Source: a virus
DNA: 64,000 nucleotides
Direction: 5' to 3' (one strand)
Virus record (IMG/VR): IMGVR_UViG_3300009551_000007
Span: 17,753-81,752 of that record
Made by a program: the position numbers and the translations under genes. The notes beneath the pieces were generated by a model. It was not told the origin of the DNA. It saw nothing but the letters and a program-made list of their open reading frames with translations, and searched no databases. Position 1 is the first letter of the stretch, and each line of letters starts with the position of its first letter. Below are positions 49,662 to 59,365 of the stretch, in pieces.

Positions 49662-51029
49662 TCAGGCCATGTTCTCCAGCTGGTCGTACTTGACGCCCTT
49701 CCATGTCTTATTGCGGTCTTCGAGAGACAACACCCAGCACGTCCGCTCGTCGGGCTGGACGGCACTGATCTCGACCTCGATGGCCTTCGTCATCGGCTTC
49801 TTGGTCTTCGGGTCGGTGCCCTTGAATAAGAACACGTCACCGACCGCCGGGTGCCATTCGTCCCCCGCCGAGTCCGCCGGCGCGTCTTCGGCGGGTGCCG
49901 CGCCATCTTCCGGCGAAACGACCGACTTGATCAGTTCGGCGATCTCGCTCCAACTGCCGCAAGCCCCAATCTGATCGTCGGTGATACCGTGCTTGTTGGC
50001 GATCTCGGTTAGTCTCGCTGCGGCTGACTCTTGCTCCGAATTGGTGGCGTCGTCAGCTGCCGCTACCAACTCGTCAAAAGGGATTTCGTCGCCAACCTGG
50101 TACTCGTCGGACGGCACGGGTTCCGGTGCCGGTGCCGGCTTCGGTGCTGCCGGTTTCGGTCCCGGTTTCGGGGCTAGGGGCGCTTTCGCGGCCGGTGATG
50201 GAGCCGGTTTCGGTGCTCTCGGTTTCGGTCCCATGGGCGCTTTCGGTGCCGCAGCTGGAGGCTTCGCGGTTACCGGTGCGGGCTTGGCTTGAACCGGTGA
50301 GACTGGGGCCGGTTTGGGAGCGGTAACTGGTTTCGGTGCGGCGGGCTTCGGAGCAGTAGCGGCAGCAGCTGGTGCCTTAGCTGGGGCGGGCGGTTTCGTC
50401 GCTGCCGGCTTCGGGGGTGGCGGGGTTTGAGTCGAGACCTGAGCCGATTCCTCGACGCCGTCACCCGGATGCTCGAACCCTTCCGGCGGTTCGCAGACCT
50501 CCTCCCATTGATGGAACGTCCTCGGGTTGGGGAACTCCATCGTGGGTTGCCCCTGCCGCGTCGAGAACCTGATACACGGCTGCGATTGGACAATGGCTTG
50601 AATCGTGAGTTCGAGTTGCTCATCCAATCCTTCTTCGGTGAACTGCGACGTGTCGACGCCGAACATGCGGAACAAAGCGTACAACTTATTCAAGTTGTCC
50701 TGAAGGGTCTTCGAGGCTTTCGTCGGCGTGTCGTAGAGGTAGACGTTCTGGTTCGTCCGCCGGCCCTTCACCTTCCTCTGGTTCCCGGCGTCGTCGATCA
50801 CGAAGTCCGGGGTGATGGCGATGGCGGCGGCGTAGAAGAACGGCTTGCCTTTATTGTCGCCGTCCTTGTGCAAGTCGAACTTCATCTCTTTCAGGTACGC
50901 GACGCCCTCGACGTTGGGGGGCATTTCGCCGAACGACTGGGGTAGCCCCGTTTCGTTCTTCACTGTTTCGGAGGCTGCCGCGAGCGCCCCACTAATTTGA
51001 CTGAGAGCCGATTTCATCGTGCCTGCCAT
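49662..51029 (-). CDS. putative ssDNA-binding/replication accessory protein with long Pro/Ala/Lys linker
   Basis: Follows the AAA ATPase and exonuclease genes; beta-rich N-domain, PAKP-rich linker, acidic C-domain; AAGGAG RBS. Confidence 0.5.
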   Translation of the reverse strand: MAGTMKSALSQISGALAAASETVKNETGLPQSFGEMPPNVEGVAYLKEMKFDLHKDGDNKGKPFFYAAAIAITPDFVIDDAGNQRKVKGRRTNQNVYLYDTPTKASKTLQDNLNKLYALFRMFGVDTSQFTEEGLDEQLELTIQAIVQSQPCIRFSTRQGQPTMEFPNPRTFHQWEEVCEPPEGFEHPGDGVEESAQVSTQTPPPPKPAATKPPAPAKAPAAAATAPKPAAPKPVTAPKPAPVSPVQAKPAPVTAKPPAAAPKAPMGPKPRAPKPAPSPAAKAPLAPKPGPKPAAPKPAPAPEPVPSDEYQVGDEIPFDELVAAADDATNSEQESAAARLTEIANKHGITDDQIGACGSWSEIAELIKSVVSPEDGAAPAEDAPADSAGDEWHPAVGDVFLFKGTDPKTKKPMTKAIEVEISAVQPDERTCWVLSLEDRNKTWKGVKYDQLENMA

Positions 51030-51273
51030 TGCTTGCTCCTTGTGAGTTAGAAAGTGCCCCTCAGCCGATTTCGCGGCGTGTTTTACGGGCTGGCCGCCCG
51101 GACCGTTTGTCTGTCCGAAGTTACTCGCGGGCTATTACCCGCGAGACTTATCACCGGGAGTCGAACCCGATTCCCTTCACACCTGCCCTCGGTCAGCGAG
51201 TGGGAATCGAACCCACCTTTTCGCACACTGTCTTCCAGAAAGCGGAGTATACCCGAAACCTCTCGTAACGGTT

Positions 51274-52146
51274 TCATTCGTCCGGAAACTGAAACTCGCC
51301 GCGAATGACCGACACGATTTTGTCGTAGTCGGGGTCGATCAAAATGTCGGGGAGCGGGAACCCTTTCGGGGCGCGGAACTTGGTCTGGTACGTCGCGTGC
51401 GGGCCCATCCTCAAACAGTACTCGACACGCCCGGTCTTCTTGAGCATGGTTTGTTCCTTGCCGGCGATCTTCACCACGCTCGGTCGCATCTCACTGCGCT
51501 TGAACGTTTGCATGATGTAGTCGACGGCACCGTTCGTCCAGTTGGTGAGCGACGGCATTAGTGCCGCACCGACCGACGCCTCAATCACGTCCGAACCTTC
51601 GCCCTCGCCGCCGAACGTCTTCTGGTGGGCCACTATCACGACGTTTTGAGCGACGCTGAGGAGGGCGCGCAGGTTCTCGCGGAACTGGGTGGATATGGTA
51701 CCGTACTGCTGTTGACTGGCCGTCCCCCAGCCCTTCTGTTCGGGTATCTTAGTCAGCCCGCAAACCTCCTTTAGGATCATGTCTTGGTAGCCCGTGGCAT
51801 GGTCGAGCACCAGTGTCCGGAAACTCGACGCATGATTCTCGGCCAGCTCAACGAGTTCGCCCGAATCCTCCAACTTGAACTCTTTGATCCGGCCCTGGTT
51901 CTCCGCAGTGTAGACGCTCCTGAGTTCGCCCGGTTTCTTGCCCCCGCTCACCGACATCCAAAGGAGCGGCGCGGGGAACGTCGAGGCGATAGTAGTCTTG
52001 CCCGTTCCGCTCACTCCATACAGTAGCACCTTTATGCCGTCGTCGTCGGTGAACTGTATTGGTTGTATCCTATCGAGGAGCGACCGTTTCGGAGCGGGCG
52101 CGGCTCTCGCGCCGGGTCTTATCGGGTTGATTCTCGGCGGCGGCAT
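51274..52146 (-). CDS. AAA_24/Sak4-like recombination ATPase
   Basis: LLYGVSGTGKT, LVLDH and VVIVAHQ motifs. Confidence 0.75.
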   Translation of the reverse strand: MPPPRINPIRPGARAAPAPKRSLLDRIQPIQFTDDDGIKVLLYGVSGTGKTTIASTFPAPLLWMSVSGGKKPGELRSVYTAENQGRIKEFKLEDSGELVELAENHASSFRTLVLDHATGYQDMILKEVCGLTKIPEQKGWGTASQQQYGTISTQFRENLRALLSVAQNVVIVAHQKTFGGEGEGSDVIEASVGAALMPSLTNWTNGAVDYIMQTFKRSEMRPSVVKIAGKEQTMLKKTGRVEYCLRMGPHATYQTKFRAPKGFPLPDILIDPDYDKIVSVIRGEFQFPDE

Positions 52147-52155
52147 TTTAGCTCC

Positions 52156-53316
52156 TTACAGTTCGGGGAACAAGTCGGTGATCCGCTCCAGCCCCACTTC
52201 GGAACCGGTTTCGAGGTAGGCGTCCACGTCGGTACAGCCGCCCTCGTCCATAGGATTATAGACGCCGAACGGGTAGCGGTAATGCCGTGGGGTATGAGTC
52301 GGGAACACATTACGTCGGAGTTCGCCTTGGAACGGGTTACCATTATTCATCTTGCACCAATCCCACCATTCGTAATCGTCGAGTATGTTTTCGAGCACGG
52401 GATTGAGGAACGTCTCGCGGAACTTCATCAGGTTGGACGGACTGACTTCCGACGCCCACCGGTAAAAGAACTCGCCACGGTTCTCACGTATGATCGCGCC
52501 CAGCCGTTCCATGTAGCTCTCGAACGTCTCACCTTGTGGGTTACTCTTACTCGGCTTATGCTGAACGATACTACCCTTGCCGCCCGATAGTGGTCGGCGA
52601 ATCACGTTGTAGCGCACGCCGGCTATCATACTCCCTTTCGGAATCACCGCGTTCAGTTCCGGCGTGTACCGTGCTTCGTGTAATGCGACGAGGTAAATCA
52701 TGGTCTGAAGGTCGAACTTGAGCTGACGATGGAGGGCGTTCACGTCCACGTCGCCTTTAACCTTGTTCTCCTGAAGCCAGACCCGTTTGCCCAAACCCAT
52801 TGCGCGTTCGTCGAGTAAGTCGACACTGTCCCACTTGCCTCGGAGTCTAACGGACCGGCCCGACGGCAGTTTGTAGTCGATACTGAAGTGCTTCTCGGCC
52901 AGTAGCGGCGTGCGGTCCACGGCTTCCGGGTTGTCGGCCCAGTGATCGAGGTACACGGGGAACTGTTGAAGACACACGTTGTACCACTTGTTAACGTGCT
53001 CTTGGTCGATGCGGTAGTGGGCTGCGAGTCTCATGGCGTAGTCGAGCAGTGGCTGCCAGTGATCTATGCCCTGGGCGTATGCTTCCTCGCAGACGTGCCA
53101 CATGTTACCGTATTCGATTCGATGGTTGAAGCCTTCTACACCACTCAACCCTTCGATTACGAGGAGGCGGAACCTCTCGCGGCATACCAGCCAACGGCTA
53201 ATGAGACTCTGAGTTATACCGTCTTCGACCGGACCGCGCCACACGGACCTTTCCACGGTGACCGGCGGTTTTAACTTCGTTCCCGTCAACGCGGAACGCT
53301 TCTGCGGGGCAGGCAT
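52156..53316 (-). CDS. PD-(D/E)XK (RecB/Cas4-like) exonuclease
   Basis: ITQS...C.ERF, G...H, LRGKWDSVD, ENK and Q..IY motifs. Confidence 0.75.
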   Translation of the reverse strand: MPAPQKRSALTGTKLKPPVTVERSVWRGPVEDGITQSLISRWLVCRERFRLLVIEGLSGVEGFNHRIEYGNMWHVCEEAYAQGIDHWQPLLDYAMRLAAHYRIDQEHVNKWYNVCLQQFPVYLDHWADNPEAVDRTPLLAEKHFSIDYKLPSGRSVRLRGKWDSVDLLDERAMGLGKRVWLQENKVKGDVDVNALHRQLKFDLQTMIYLVALHEARYTPELNAVIPKGSMIAGVRYNVIRRPLSGGKGSIVQHKPSKSNPQGETFESYMERLGAIIRENRGEFFYRWASEVSPSNLMKFRETFLNPVLENILDDYEWWDWCKMNNGNPFQGELRRNVFPTHTPRHYRYPFGVYNPMDEGGCTDVDAYLETGSEVGLERITDLFPEL

Positions 53317-53379
53317 ATCTTCTCCCAGTAAGAGTCTACGAACGTAACCTAGTGACAACTAGGCCAGTAGGAATTGATT

Positions 53380-54006
53380 TTAGAACGGGTTCGCGCGCAT
53401 GTCGCCTTCGACGCCGCCTCCCTCGCGGAGGTCGCTAACCGCACTACGGAGAGTAGTGATACATCGCTGAATGGCGAGGGATTGACCCACTATCGGGGAG
53501 CGGATGATCGCTGCCGGGTGAGTGATAGTGATGATCGGCACTAGGGGCAGCTTCACATGATCGCGGTACATGGGGTTACAGTATTCCATGGCGCACTTGC
53601 CGACAGTCACAATGAGTTTCGGTTCGACGATTCGGGCGAAGTATTCGAGGCGCGGCTTACATGCGTCAACGTGCTCCATGTCCGGCTCGGCGAGCTTCCT
53701 ATTGTTCTCGCCATAGGGGGCACACATTACTAGATTGGTGAGGCACCATGTTAGATCGCCGAGCGACTTGGCTATAACATGGTCTAGGAGTTCGCCGGCG
53801 GGACCGACGAACGGTTGGCCTATGGCGTCCTCGCTGAGTCCCGGTGCCTCGCCTATGAATAGCACGTCAGCCGGTAGCTTGCCGCGAGCGAAACAGACGC
53901 GCTGGCGAGTCGCATGTAACTCGCACGCTGTACAGTCCTTCCATTCGGCCACTAGCTGCTGGTACGGGCTAACGGTCGGTAGCGACTTACGCACTGGGGT
54001 CGGCAT
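53380..54006 (-). CDS. uracil-DNA glycosylase family 4
   Basis: CTACEL, IGEAPG..ED..GQPFVGPAG, TNLVMC and HPAA motifs. Confidence 0.85.
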   Translation of the reverse strand: MPTPVRKSLPTVSPYQQLVAEWKDCTACELHATRQRVCFARGKLPADVLFIGEAPGLSEDAIGQPFVGPAGELLDHVIAKSLGDLTWCLTNLVMCAPYGENNRKLAEPDMEHVDACKPRLEYFARIVEPKLIVTVGKCAMEYCNPMYRDHVKLPLVPIITITHPAAIIRSPIVGQSLAIQRCITTLRSAVSDLREGGGVEGDMRANPF

Positions 54007-54595
54007 GGGACGTTCCCTCCTTAGTGTAACGGGCATACAGGGCCATTAGGGTAGCGTCGCCCGTAGCGTTAGTGATCTTCTGGGAGAAGGGGACACCCTG
54101 GAGGCGGGCGGTGTCTGTGAGGCGTCGCTTCCATGCCGTCTTCTTTTCGGTCTTGCCGCGCTTGAGGTTGAACGCCTTTTGCCATGCTTGCGGGGTTACC
54201 AAGTCGTAGGGAATGGAAGCGGCGATCAGGGCCATTTCGAGGAACCCGGTGCTCTTCCCGAACGCGAACATGGTGTGGCCCGACGCGCGGTTGGACGAGC
54301 CGTCCGGGTGCGCGTCCTGACCGCCCGCTCCGACGCCCATGTAGCCGCCGACCTTTTCCATGACGGCGTACCGTATGCCCCCTAATGGGGCTGCGAACCG
54401 GGCGGCGTCGTTCACCCAATCCCATATGTCTCGCGGCGTCATCGGCGTCTCGCCCTTCTTGAGGGCCGTTAGCGCGTAACTCCCCGACGTCGAGAACACG
54501 ACCATGCCGCCGCTACTACCAGGGTCTATGCCCATGTAGAACCGCGACGCCGCCTCATGTTCTCTGGGAGAAGGTAACCGGACGGGTGAGGGCAT
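53987..54595 (-). CDS. RuvC-like Holliday junction resolvase
   Basis: MGIDPG..GG, VMEKV, F.FG, VTPQAWQK and DATLMA motifs. Confidence 0.75.
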   Translation of the reverse strand: MPSPVRLPSPREHEAASRFYMGIDPGSSGGMVVFSTSGSYALTALKKGETPMTPRDIWDWVNDAARFAAPLGGIRYAVMEKVGGYMGVGAGGQDAHPDGSSNRASGHTMFAFGKSTGFLEMALIAASIPYDLVTPQAWQKAFNLKRGKTEKKTAWKRRLTDTARLQGVPFSQKITNATGDATLMALYARYTKEGTSHADPSA

Positions 54596-54689
54596 TACCG
54601 TCTCCTGTTATTCAGTGCGTCGACTATTGCACAGGCCACGTAGCCCGCCGCGAACGCCACTAGTACCTTGAGTAGGAACGCTAGTACGG

Positions 54690-54914
54690 TCATTTCTTCC
54701 TCGTGAGGCGGGCGGTGAGAGATAGGCCGTTCGGGGCTATCGAGACCGACGCCGCGTACCCATGCTGGGACGCCATGTTGCGAACGTATTGACTCATCGT
54801 GTCTATCCGGCCCGTGAAGTCCTTGCCCAGTCGGAGCGTGAAGGTGCCCTTAGCGAACCAAGTCTCCCACGGGTAGCGCCGGCCGAACCGTTTCGGTTTG
54901 ATGTTCGATTTCAT
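54690..54914 (-). CDS. small basic putative DNA-binding protein
   Basis: GRRYPWETWF...G.DF; GAGG RBS. Confidence 0.5.
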   Translation of the reverse strand: MKSNIKPKRFGRRYPWETWFAKGTFTLRLGKDFTGRIDTMSQYVRNMASQHGYAASVSIAPNGLSLTARLTRKK

Positions 54915-54958
54915 AACACTATCTTACCTCTTCTAATGGATTTTGGGGCACCGGTATT

Positions 54959-55447
54959 CTACGCGCCGCGCGCGCCTCTAGAAAGGGCGCGACACTTGAT
55001 AAATTTCTTCCGCGACCGGAACCCAACGCCGTTCACTCGCCGGCAGCATTTCCCGCATCGCCCGCACACGTTCCACTCCGTCCGAGCACCTCGCGGCGTC
55101 ACGTCGTAGAGCCGGCCCTTGCGCATCTTTCTCTGGAGGAAAGTAAACGCCGACTGTGACTGGGCGAGTGACCGCTTCCGGCCCCGCCGGGTGAACTCGA
55201 CGCGCCGATGACACCTATCGCACAGCGGGTAGAGTCTGTCGAAGGACATGCCGAGGAGCGTGTCGAGGTCGTAGTCGTAATGATGTATAGTGTCGGCACG
55301 TCGCCGGCATAGGTAGCACGCGCCGTCGGTCTTACGGAACGCGACCCATCGTATCGCCTTCCATAGGTCGGAGGATAGATAGTCGTAGTACGACGGGTAG
55401 CCGAGCCGCCGTAGTAGCATGTTACGTAGGGCGTAGGACGCTACCAT
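54959..55447 (-). CDS. HNH nuclease-like protein
   Basis: YYDYLSSDLWKAIR...CYLC...HHYDY...LCDRCH. Confidence 0.65.
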   Translation of the reverse strand: MVASYALRNMLLRRLGYPSYYDYLSSDLWKAIRWVAFRKTDGACYLCRRRADTIHHYDYDLDTLLGMSFDRLYPLCDRCHRRVEFTRRGRKRSLAQSQSAFTFLQRKMRKGRLYDVTPRGARTEWNVCGRCGKCCRRVNGVGFRSRKKFIKCRALSRGARGA

Positions 55448-55574
55448 GTGAAGGCACTCTCTGGGAGAAACTAGACACTTCACCGACCGACACCGGGCCG
55501 CGCGGTGAGGAAAATTATCCTACCGCGAAAACACGCGGGAAAAGGAAAAAGACGCTATACTCACGACGGGTGAG

Positions 55575-55625
55575 TGTTGTTATTAATATATTAATATTAA
55601 TACAACTATTAGAGTATATAAGGGA
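55575..55625. other. AT-rich imperfect palindrome at the strand switch (candidate origin or divergent control region)
   Basis: TTGTTATTAATATATTAATATTAATACAA in a GC-rich genome, between divergent gene blocks. Confidence 0.5.
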
Positions 55626-55664
55626 TTCTCACCAACTTTAGAACATCAACTCGAAAGGCTTGTC

Positions 55665-56249
55665 ATGACCGACCGACACGAATGGGAAATGGACCGCCGT
55701 CACGTAGACCTTCTCGGAGACGTGCTCGGCAACCTCCACATTGACCGCGCAGTTGAAATCGGCTCGTTCCGCGGCGCATCCACTATGGCGTTCCTTAACG
55801 CGATGTCGGCACGCGCCGTCGAGTACCTCCAGATTGTCGAACCGAACCCGACGCCCGAACTCGTCGCGCTACTAGAGGAGCACAACTACGGGCCGGTTGA
55901 CCTCCTCACCGTCGAATCGGCTTCGTTCCTGCCCGGCGCCAAGTTCGACGCCATATTGGTCGACGGTGATCATTCGCTGAGAGCCGGTGTCGTCGAGTCC
56001 GCCTACGTCCTCCGCGAACCGCGCAAGCTCGTCGCCCTTCACGACACCAACTCCGACGCCATTGGGATTCCCGGTTGTCGCGGGCCGGCGTACTTCAAGT
56101 ACAAATTGATCGAGGCCGGCTACGTCGTGTTCGAGGACTGCGCGAAGCGACCGGGCGAGCGGACCGAGCGCGGGTTCCTTCTCGCCTCGAAAGACGACCA
56201 CGTCATCGACATTGTCCGCCGCGCGTTCGTCCGTCACGCCAAGCCGTAG
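55665..56249 (+). CDS. class I SAM-dependent methyltransferase (Methyltransf_24-like)
   Basis: VEIGSFRGAST, FDAILVDGDHS and ALHD motifs. Confidence 0.8.
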   Translation: MTDRHEWEMDRRHVDLLGDVLGNLHIDRAVEIGSFRGASTMAFLNAMSARAVEYLQIVEPNPTPELVALLEEHNYGPVDLLTVESASFLPGAKFDAILVDGDHSLRAGVVESAYVLREPRKLVALHDTNSDAIGIPGCRGPAYFKYKLIEAGYVVFEDCAKRPGERTERGFLLASKDDHVIDIVRRAFVRHAKP

Positions 56250-56385
56250 GTCTATCTCTCCCAGAGAGTCACTTCCGCGCCCCCCCCCAATTCCGAAAAA
56301 AACTTCACCTGGCCGATTAGTTGTGTTTTACAGCCGTCGGTCCACTTCCGCGCACTTCGTCGTTGACCTTTTCCTAAATCCGCCC

Positions 56386-56413
56386 TTGACTCCGGCGTAG
56401 TACCTCCTATAAT
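56386..56413 (+). promoter_or_regulatory. early sigma70-like promoter
   Basis: TTGACT-16 nt-TATAAT with TACCTCC before the -10. Confidence 0.7.
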
Positions 56414-56504
56414 GGTCGTAGATGGGCGAGCTTCTCGGCGAACTGCTCGCGGCCATCCTGTCCGGTCTGAGTTCCTAACCCTTACTATGTGAACGGAGCA
56501 AGCC

Positions 56505-56927
56505 ATGAAAGATTTCACCCCGAAGCCTCTGACGGCCAAAGAGACCCTGATGATCTTCAAGATCGCCGAAGACCAGTTCACTAACGGCGAACCCGAAACC
56601 GGGACTTGGACATCCGCCGTGTGCGAGACTCAAAGCGACAAGGCGGTGTTCGGTTCACTGGTTAAGAAGGGCTACGCCGCGACGAACGGCGAGAGTTGTA
56701 ACCTAACCAAGCCCGGTCTGGAAGTGTACTACGCGATGAAGCCGAAGACGGCGGAGGAGGTAGACCGCCGGGAAGAGCATTCTGATGGCCAACTAACACC
56801 GGCACAAATAGCCCAATCGTTCCTCAATCGAGTCGAGGAAGAAACTATTCCGCAGTCGATCAGGAGACTGGGAACGTTTTTGGATCAAATCAGGTCAGAG
56901 GTCCAGTCGTTACTCGCGAATAAGTGA
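56505..56927 (+). CDS. hypothetical early protein (wHTH-like)
   Basis: GGAGCAAGCC leader; GSLVKKGY...LTKPG. Confidence 0.55.
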   Translation: MKDFTPKPLTAKETLMIFKIAEDQFTNGEPETGTWTSAVCETQSDKAVFGSLVKKGYAATNGESCNLTKPGLEVYYAMKPKTAEEVDRREEHSDGQLTPAQIAQSFLNRVEEETIPQSIRRLGTFLDQIRSEVQSLLANK

Positions 56928-57000
56928 CCCCCTCTCAAGCCCTTCGACAATAGGAGGGCTTCGGAGGCGGCCACTTCGGACGCTAATCAAGGAGCAAGCC

Positions 57001-57300
57001 ATGACTAGGTCGAAGGTCAAGCATGTGTACGTTCTGAGCAGAGAACACTATCGTTTACCGCCCAACGAGAGCGACATGGTGGCTTCTATTCCGATCGAGG
57101 TTCGGGCGGGAACCGACACTGGTAGGATTAGCCTCAAGACCGAAGCCAAGAAGCTCGCGCAAGAGCTTTGCGGTAGGTACGGAGGCGAGTTGAAGGAGCA
57201 TACTAGCGTCACTAAGGAGTACCGCGTCTGGGTCGATTCGTCAGACCAGAATTGCCCCCGGTTCGTTTACGTCGTGCGTCGCGTCTATTACATCGGTTAA
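57001..57300 (+). CDS. hypothetical early protein
   Basis: AAGGAGCAAGCC-ATG leader. Confidence 0.55.
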   Translation: MTRSKVKHVYVLSREHYRLPPNESDMVASIPIEVRAGTDTGRISLKTEAKKLAQELCGRYGGELKEHTSVTKEYRVWVDSSDQNCPRFVYVVRRVYYIG

Positions 57301-57324
57301 AACACATTCACAAGGAGCAAGCCA

Positions 57325-57870
57325 ATGTTCGATTCGTCAACTACCTTCCCCGCTGGGACCACGAAGCCGAAGCGCGTCCGGAAACCCCGGACGCCGAAGC
57401 CGGTAGTCGAACCGGTCGCCATCATCGCGCCCGAACCGCTACCAATCCTTCCATCACCCGTCGAGGCGAAGCCTGAACCGAAGCCGGTCGACAAAACACT
57501 CACGCACTACGCTGTGGCCGGTATCGCCGTAATGGCGACCTTGTCGGCCGGACTGAACGGGTACGCGAACGCCCAGCACTCGCCCGTCGCCTGGGCTGGG
57601 TGGGGAATGGGTCTGGCGATTCCGGGCGTGATCCTCCTCCTCGGTAAGGTCGCGGGCATCCTCTACCAGCGCGGGTTCAAGCCCCTCGCCTACGTCACTG
57701 CCGCGTCGGGCATAGGCCTGCTCGCCCTCTCGGTATGGCACTGTGCTGTGTCGATCTCGATGATCACCGGCTCCGACCTCCTTCTGGCTGTGCCCATGGC
57801 GATAGCGATTGACGTGGGGTTCGTGTGCTGCGAGCTGGCCGTGCTGACCGACAAGGAGCGAGTCGGTTAA
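57325..57870 (+). CDS. four-TM membrane protein
   Basis: Pro-rich N-terminus then four hydrophobic segments; AAGGAGCAAGCC leader. Confidence 0.65.
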   Translation: MFDSSTTFPAGTTKPKRVRKPRTPKPVVEPVAIIAPEPLPILPSPVEAKPEPKPVDKTLTHYAVAGIAVMATLSAGLNGYANAQHSPVAWAGWGMGLAIPGVILLLGKVAGILYQRGFKPLAYVTAASGIGLLALSVWHCAVSISMITGSDLLLAVPMAIAIDVGFVCCELAVLTDKERVG

Positions 57871-57972
57871 ACCTCGCTACCGACCTAGTACGGAGCGTGC
57901 CTACCCTCTATAATGCTTACGTCGCTTCTAGTCGGGGCGACGTTCTTTTACCCAACTCTAGGGGAGTCTAGT

Positions 57973-58278
57973 ATGAGTATCGACAAGTCGCTCGAAGGTG
58001 CCGTCTCGATTGTGATTGGCGACCGGGACGTGCTAATGGGGTTCACTGGCGGAACGGGCGTGGCGCGTGTCTGGTTCGCGCCCCTGCCCCTCGACCACGT
58101 TTTGGAGATCAATAAGCCAACCAAGGTGACGAACTGCGAACCGCCTCCCGACACCGTCGCAGAGGTCTTCTTTGTCGACCGCGACGCACTCGACGGGTTC
58201 ATTGAGCTACTAAGGCACTACCGGGACGTCGCCTGGCCGCCCCCGACGCCGATGAATCCGGCCCGCGACGAGAACTAA
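57973..58278 (+). CDS. hypothetical protein
   Basis: GGGGAG RBS; TATAAT at 57909-57914 upstream; terminator downstream. Confidence 0.5.
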   Translation: MSIDKSLEGAVSIVIGDRDVLMGFTGGTGVARVWFAPLPLDHVLEINKPTKVTNCEPPPDTVAEVFFVDRDALDGFIELLRHYRDVAWPPPTPMNPARDEN

Positions 58279-58285
58279 ATAGCAC

Positions 58286-58325
58286 CAACCCCGCGAATAT
58301 ACGTGTCGCGGGGTTGTTTCGTTTC
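58286..58325 (+). terminator. intrinsic terminator
   Basis: CAACCCCGCGA/TCGCGGGGTTG followed by TTTCGTTT. Confidence 0.6.
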
Positions 58326-58366
58326 CTGGCGTCCGGCGCGATTCCGAAAAATCCGTTCAACCGGCG

Positions 58367-58394
58367 TAGACGAACGCACCGTACCTCCTATAAT
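58367..58394 (+). promoter_or_regulatory. early sigma70-like promoter
   Basis: TAGACG-16 nt-TATAAT; TACCTCCTATAATGGT is identical to the copy at 56401. Confidence 0.65.
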
Positions 58395-58436
58395 GGTAGG
58401 GAGACGGGTAAGGGTCAACCACTAACGGAGACGGTC

Positions 58437-59261
58437 ATGGTTACGAAAGAGTTCCTCACAGCCGGTAACGCGACCTTCACGGTCGAACTCCCCGCAGCCT
58501 TCATCGAGGCGAACGCGACCGCGAAGACGCCGGAGATTTACCACCCCCACTACACTTACAAGATCGAACGGACGGAGTTCAAGCGCGACGCGAAGACGTT
58601 CTGGTTCATCTACTCGCTCACGGGGCCGGACAACACCGCCGATTACACGTACCTGGGAAAAGTCAACCCGGAAACCGGTGAAGTGTCTCTCACCGCGAAA
58701 TCCGCCTTCCCCGCGACCGCGACACGCGTGAAGGTCGCGCAGAGGGTAGTGCTGGCGATCTTCGCCGGGAACGGCGCGAAGGTCGAAGCCGCCGGATGGA
58801 AGGTCCACCACGAGGGGCGATGCGGTCGGTGTGCACGAGTCCTAACGGTGCCGGACAGTATCGAGAGCGGCATCGGGCCGGAATGTGCGAAGAAGATGGG
58901 ATGCTCGAAGCCGGTTAAGAAGGAAGCATTTCCGGCACCTACGGCAGTTAAGGTGAGCGAACCGACGGTTAAGATGGGCGAAGCCCCGGCAAAAACCGAA
59001 AGTGCCGTAACGGGCAAAATCGAGCAAAAGAAAGCGAAGCCCGGTTCCTACCCGAAACCGGTCGCTAACCCGCTCGCGGCGACGGGCGCACCTCTCTCCG
59101 CGCCGGTGCCGAAGACCTATCCGAAGACGCGAGTGGTCTACGTTTCCGACGAACCTTACATCGACGTCTCGAAACTGAACGAGACGCGCGACACGGAGGG
59201 CGAACTCCAGGGCTGGTGGGGAGAACTGAACGGCCAGCCGGTAGTGGTGTTGAATGACTAG
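58437..59261 (+). CDS. DUF6011-like Zn-finger protein
   Basis: AGNATFT...LTGPDNT.DY.YLG...HEGRCGRCARVLT.P.SI..GIGPEC. Confidence 0.7.
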   Translation: MVTKEFLTAGNATFTVELPAAFIEANATAKTPEIYHPHYTYKIERTEFKRDAKTFWFIYSLTGPDNTADYTYLGKVNPETGEVSLTAKSAFPATATRVKVAQRVVLAIFAGNGAKVEAAGWKVHHEGRCGRCARVLTVPDSIESGIGPECAKKMGCSKPVKKEAFPAPTAVKVSEPTVKMGEAPAKTESAVTGKIEQKKAKPGSYPKPVANPLAATGAPLSAPVPKTYPKTRVVYVSDEPYIDVSKLNETRDTEGELQGWWGELNGQPVVVLND

Positions 59262-59365
59262 CCGGAGCGAGTTGAAGAAAAATCCTCAACTGCTATAGAC
59301 GCGGTTGGGGACGTCCGGTAAGATGCACCGTGTAGGACCGACTCACCCTCGAACCGGAGACGACT

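Noticed and set aside
48085-50430. DNA tandem repeat arrays in the SPP and PAKP segments
   Set aside because: They are low-complexity coding linkers with varied codons, not independent repeat elements
52156-53316. CRISPR-Cas (Cas4) locus
   Set aside because: No repeat-spacer array or other cas genes; the context is a phage recombination module
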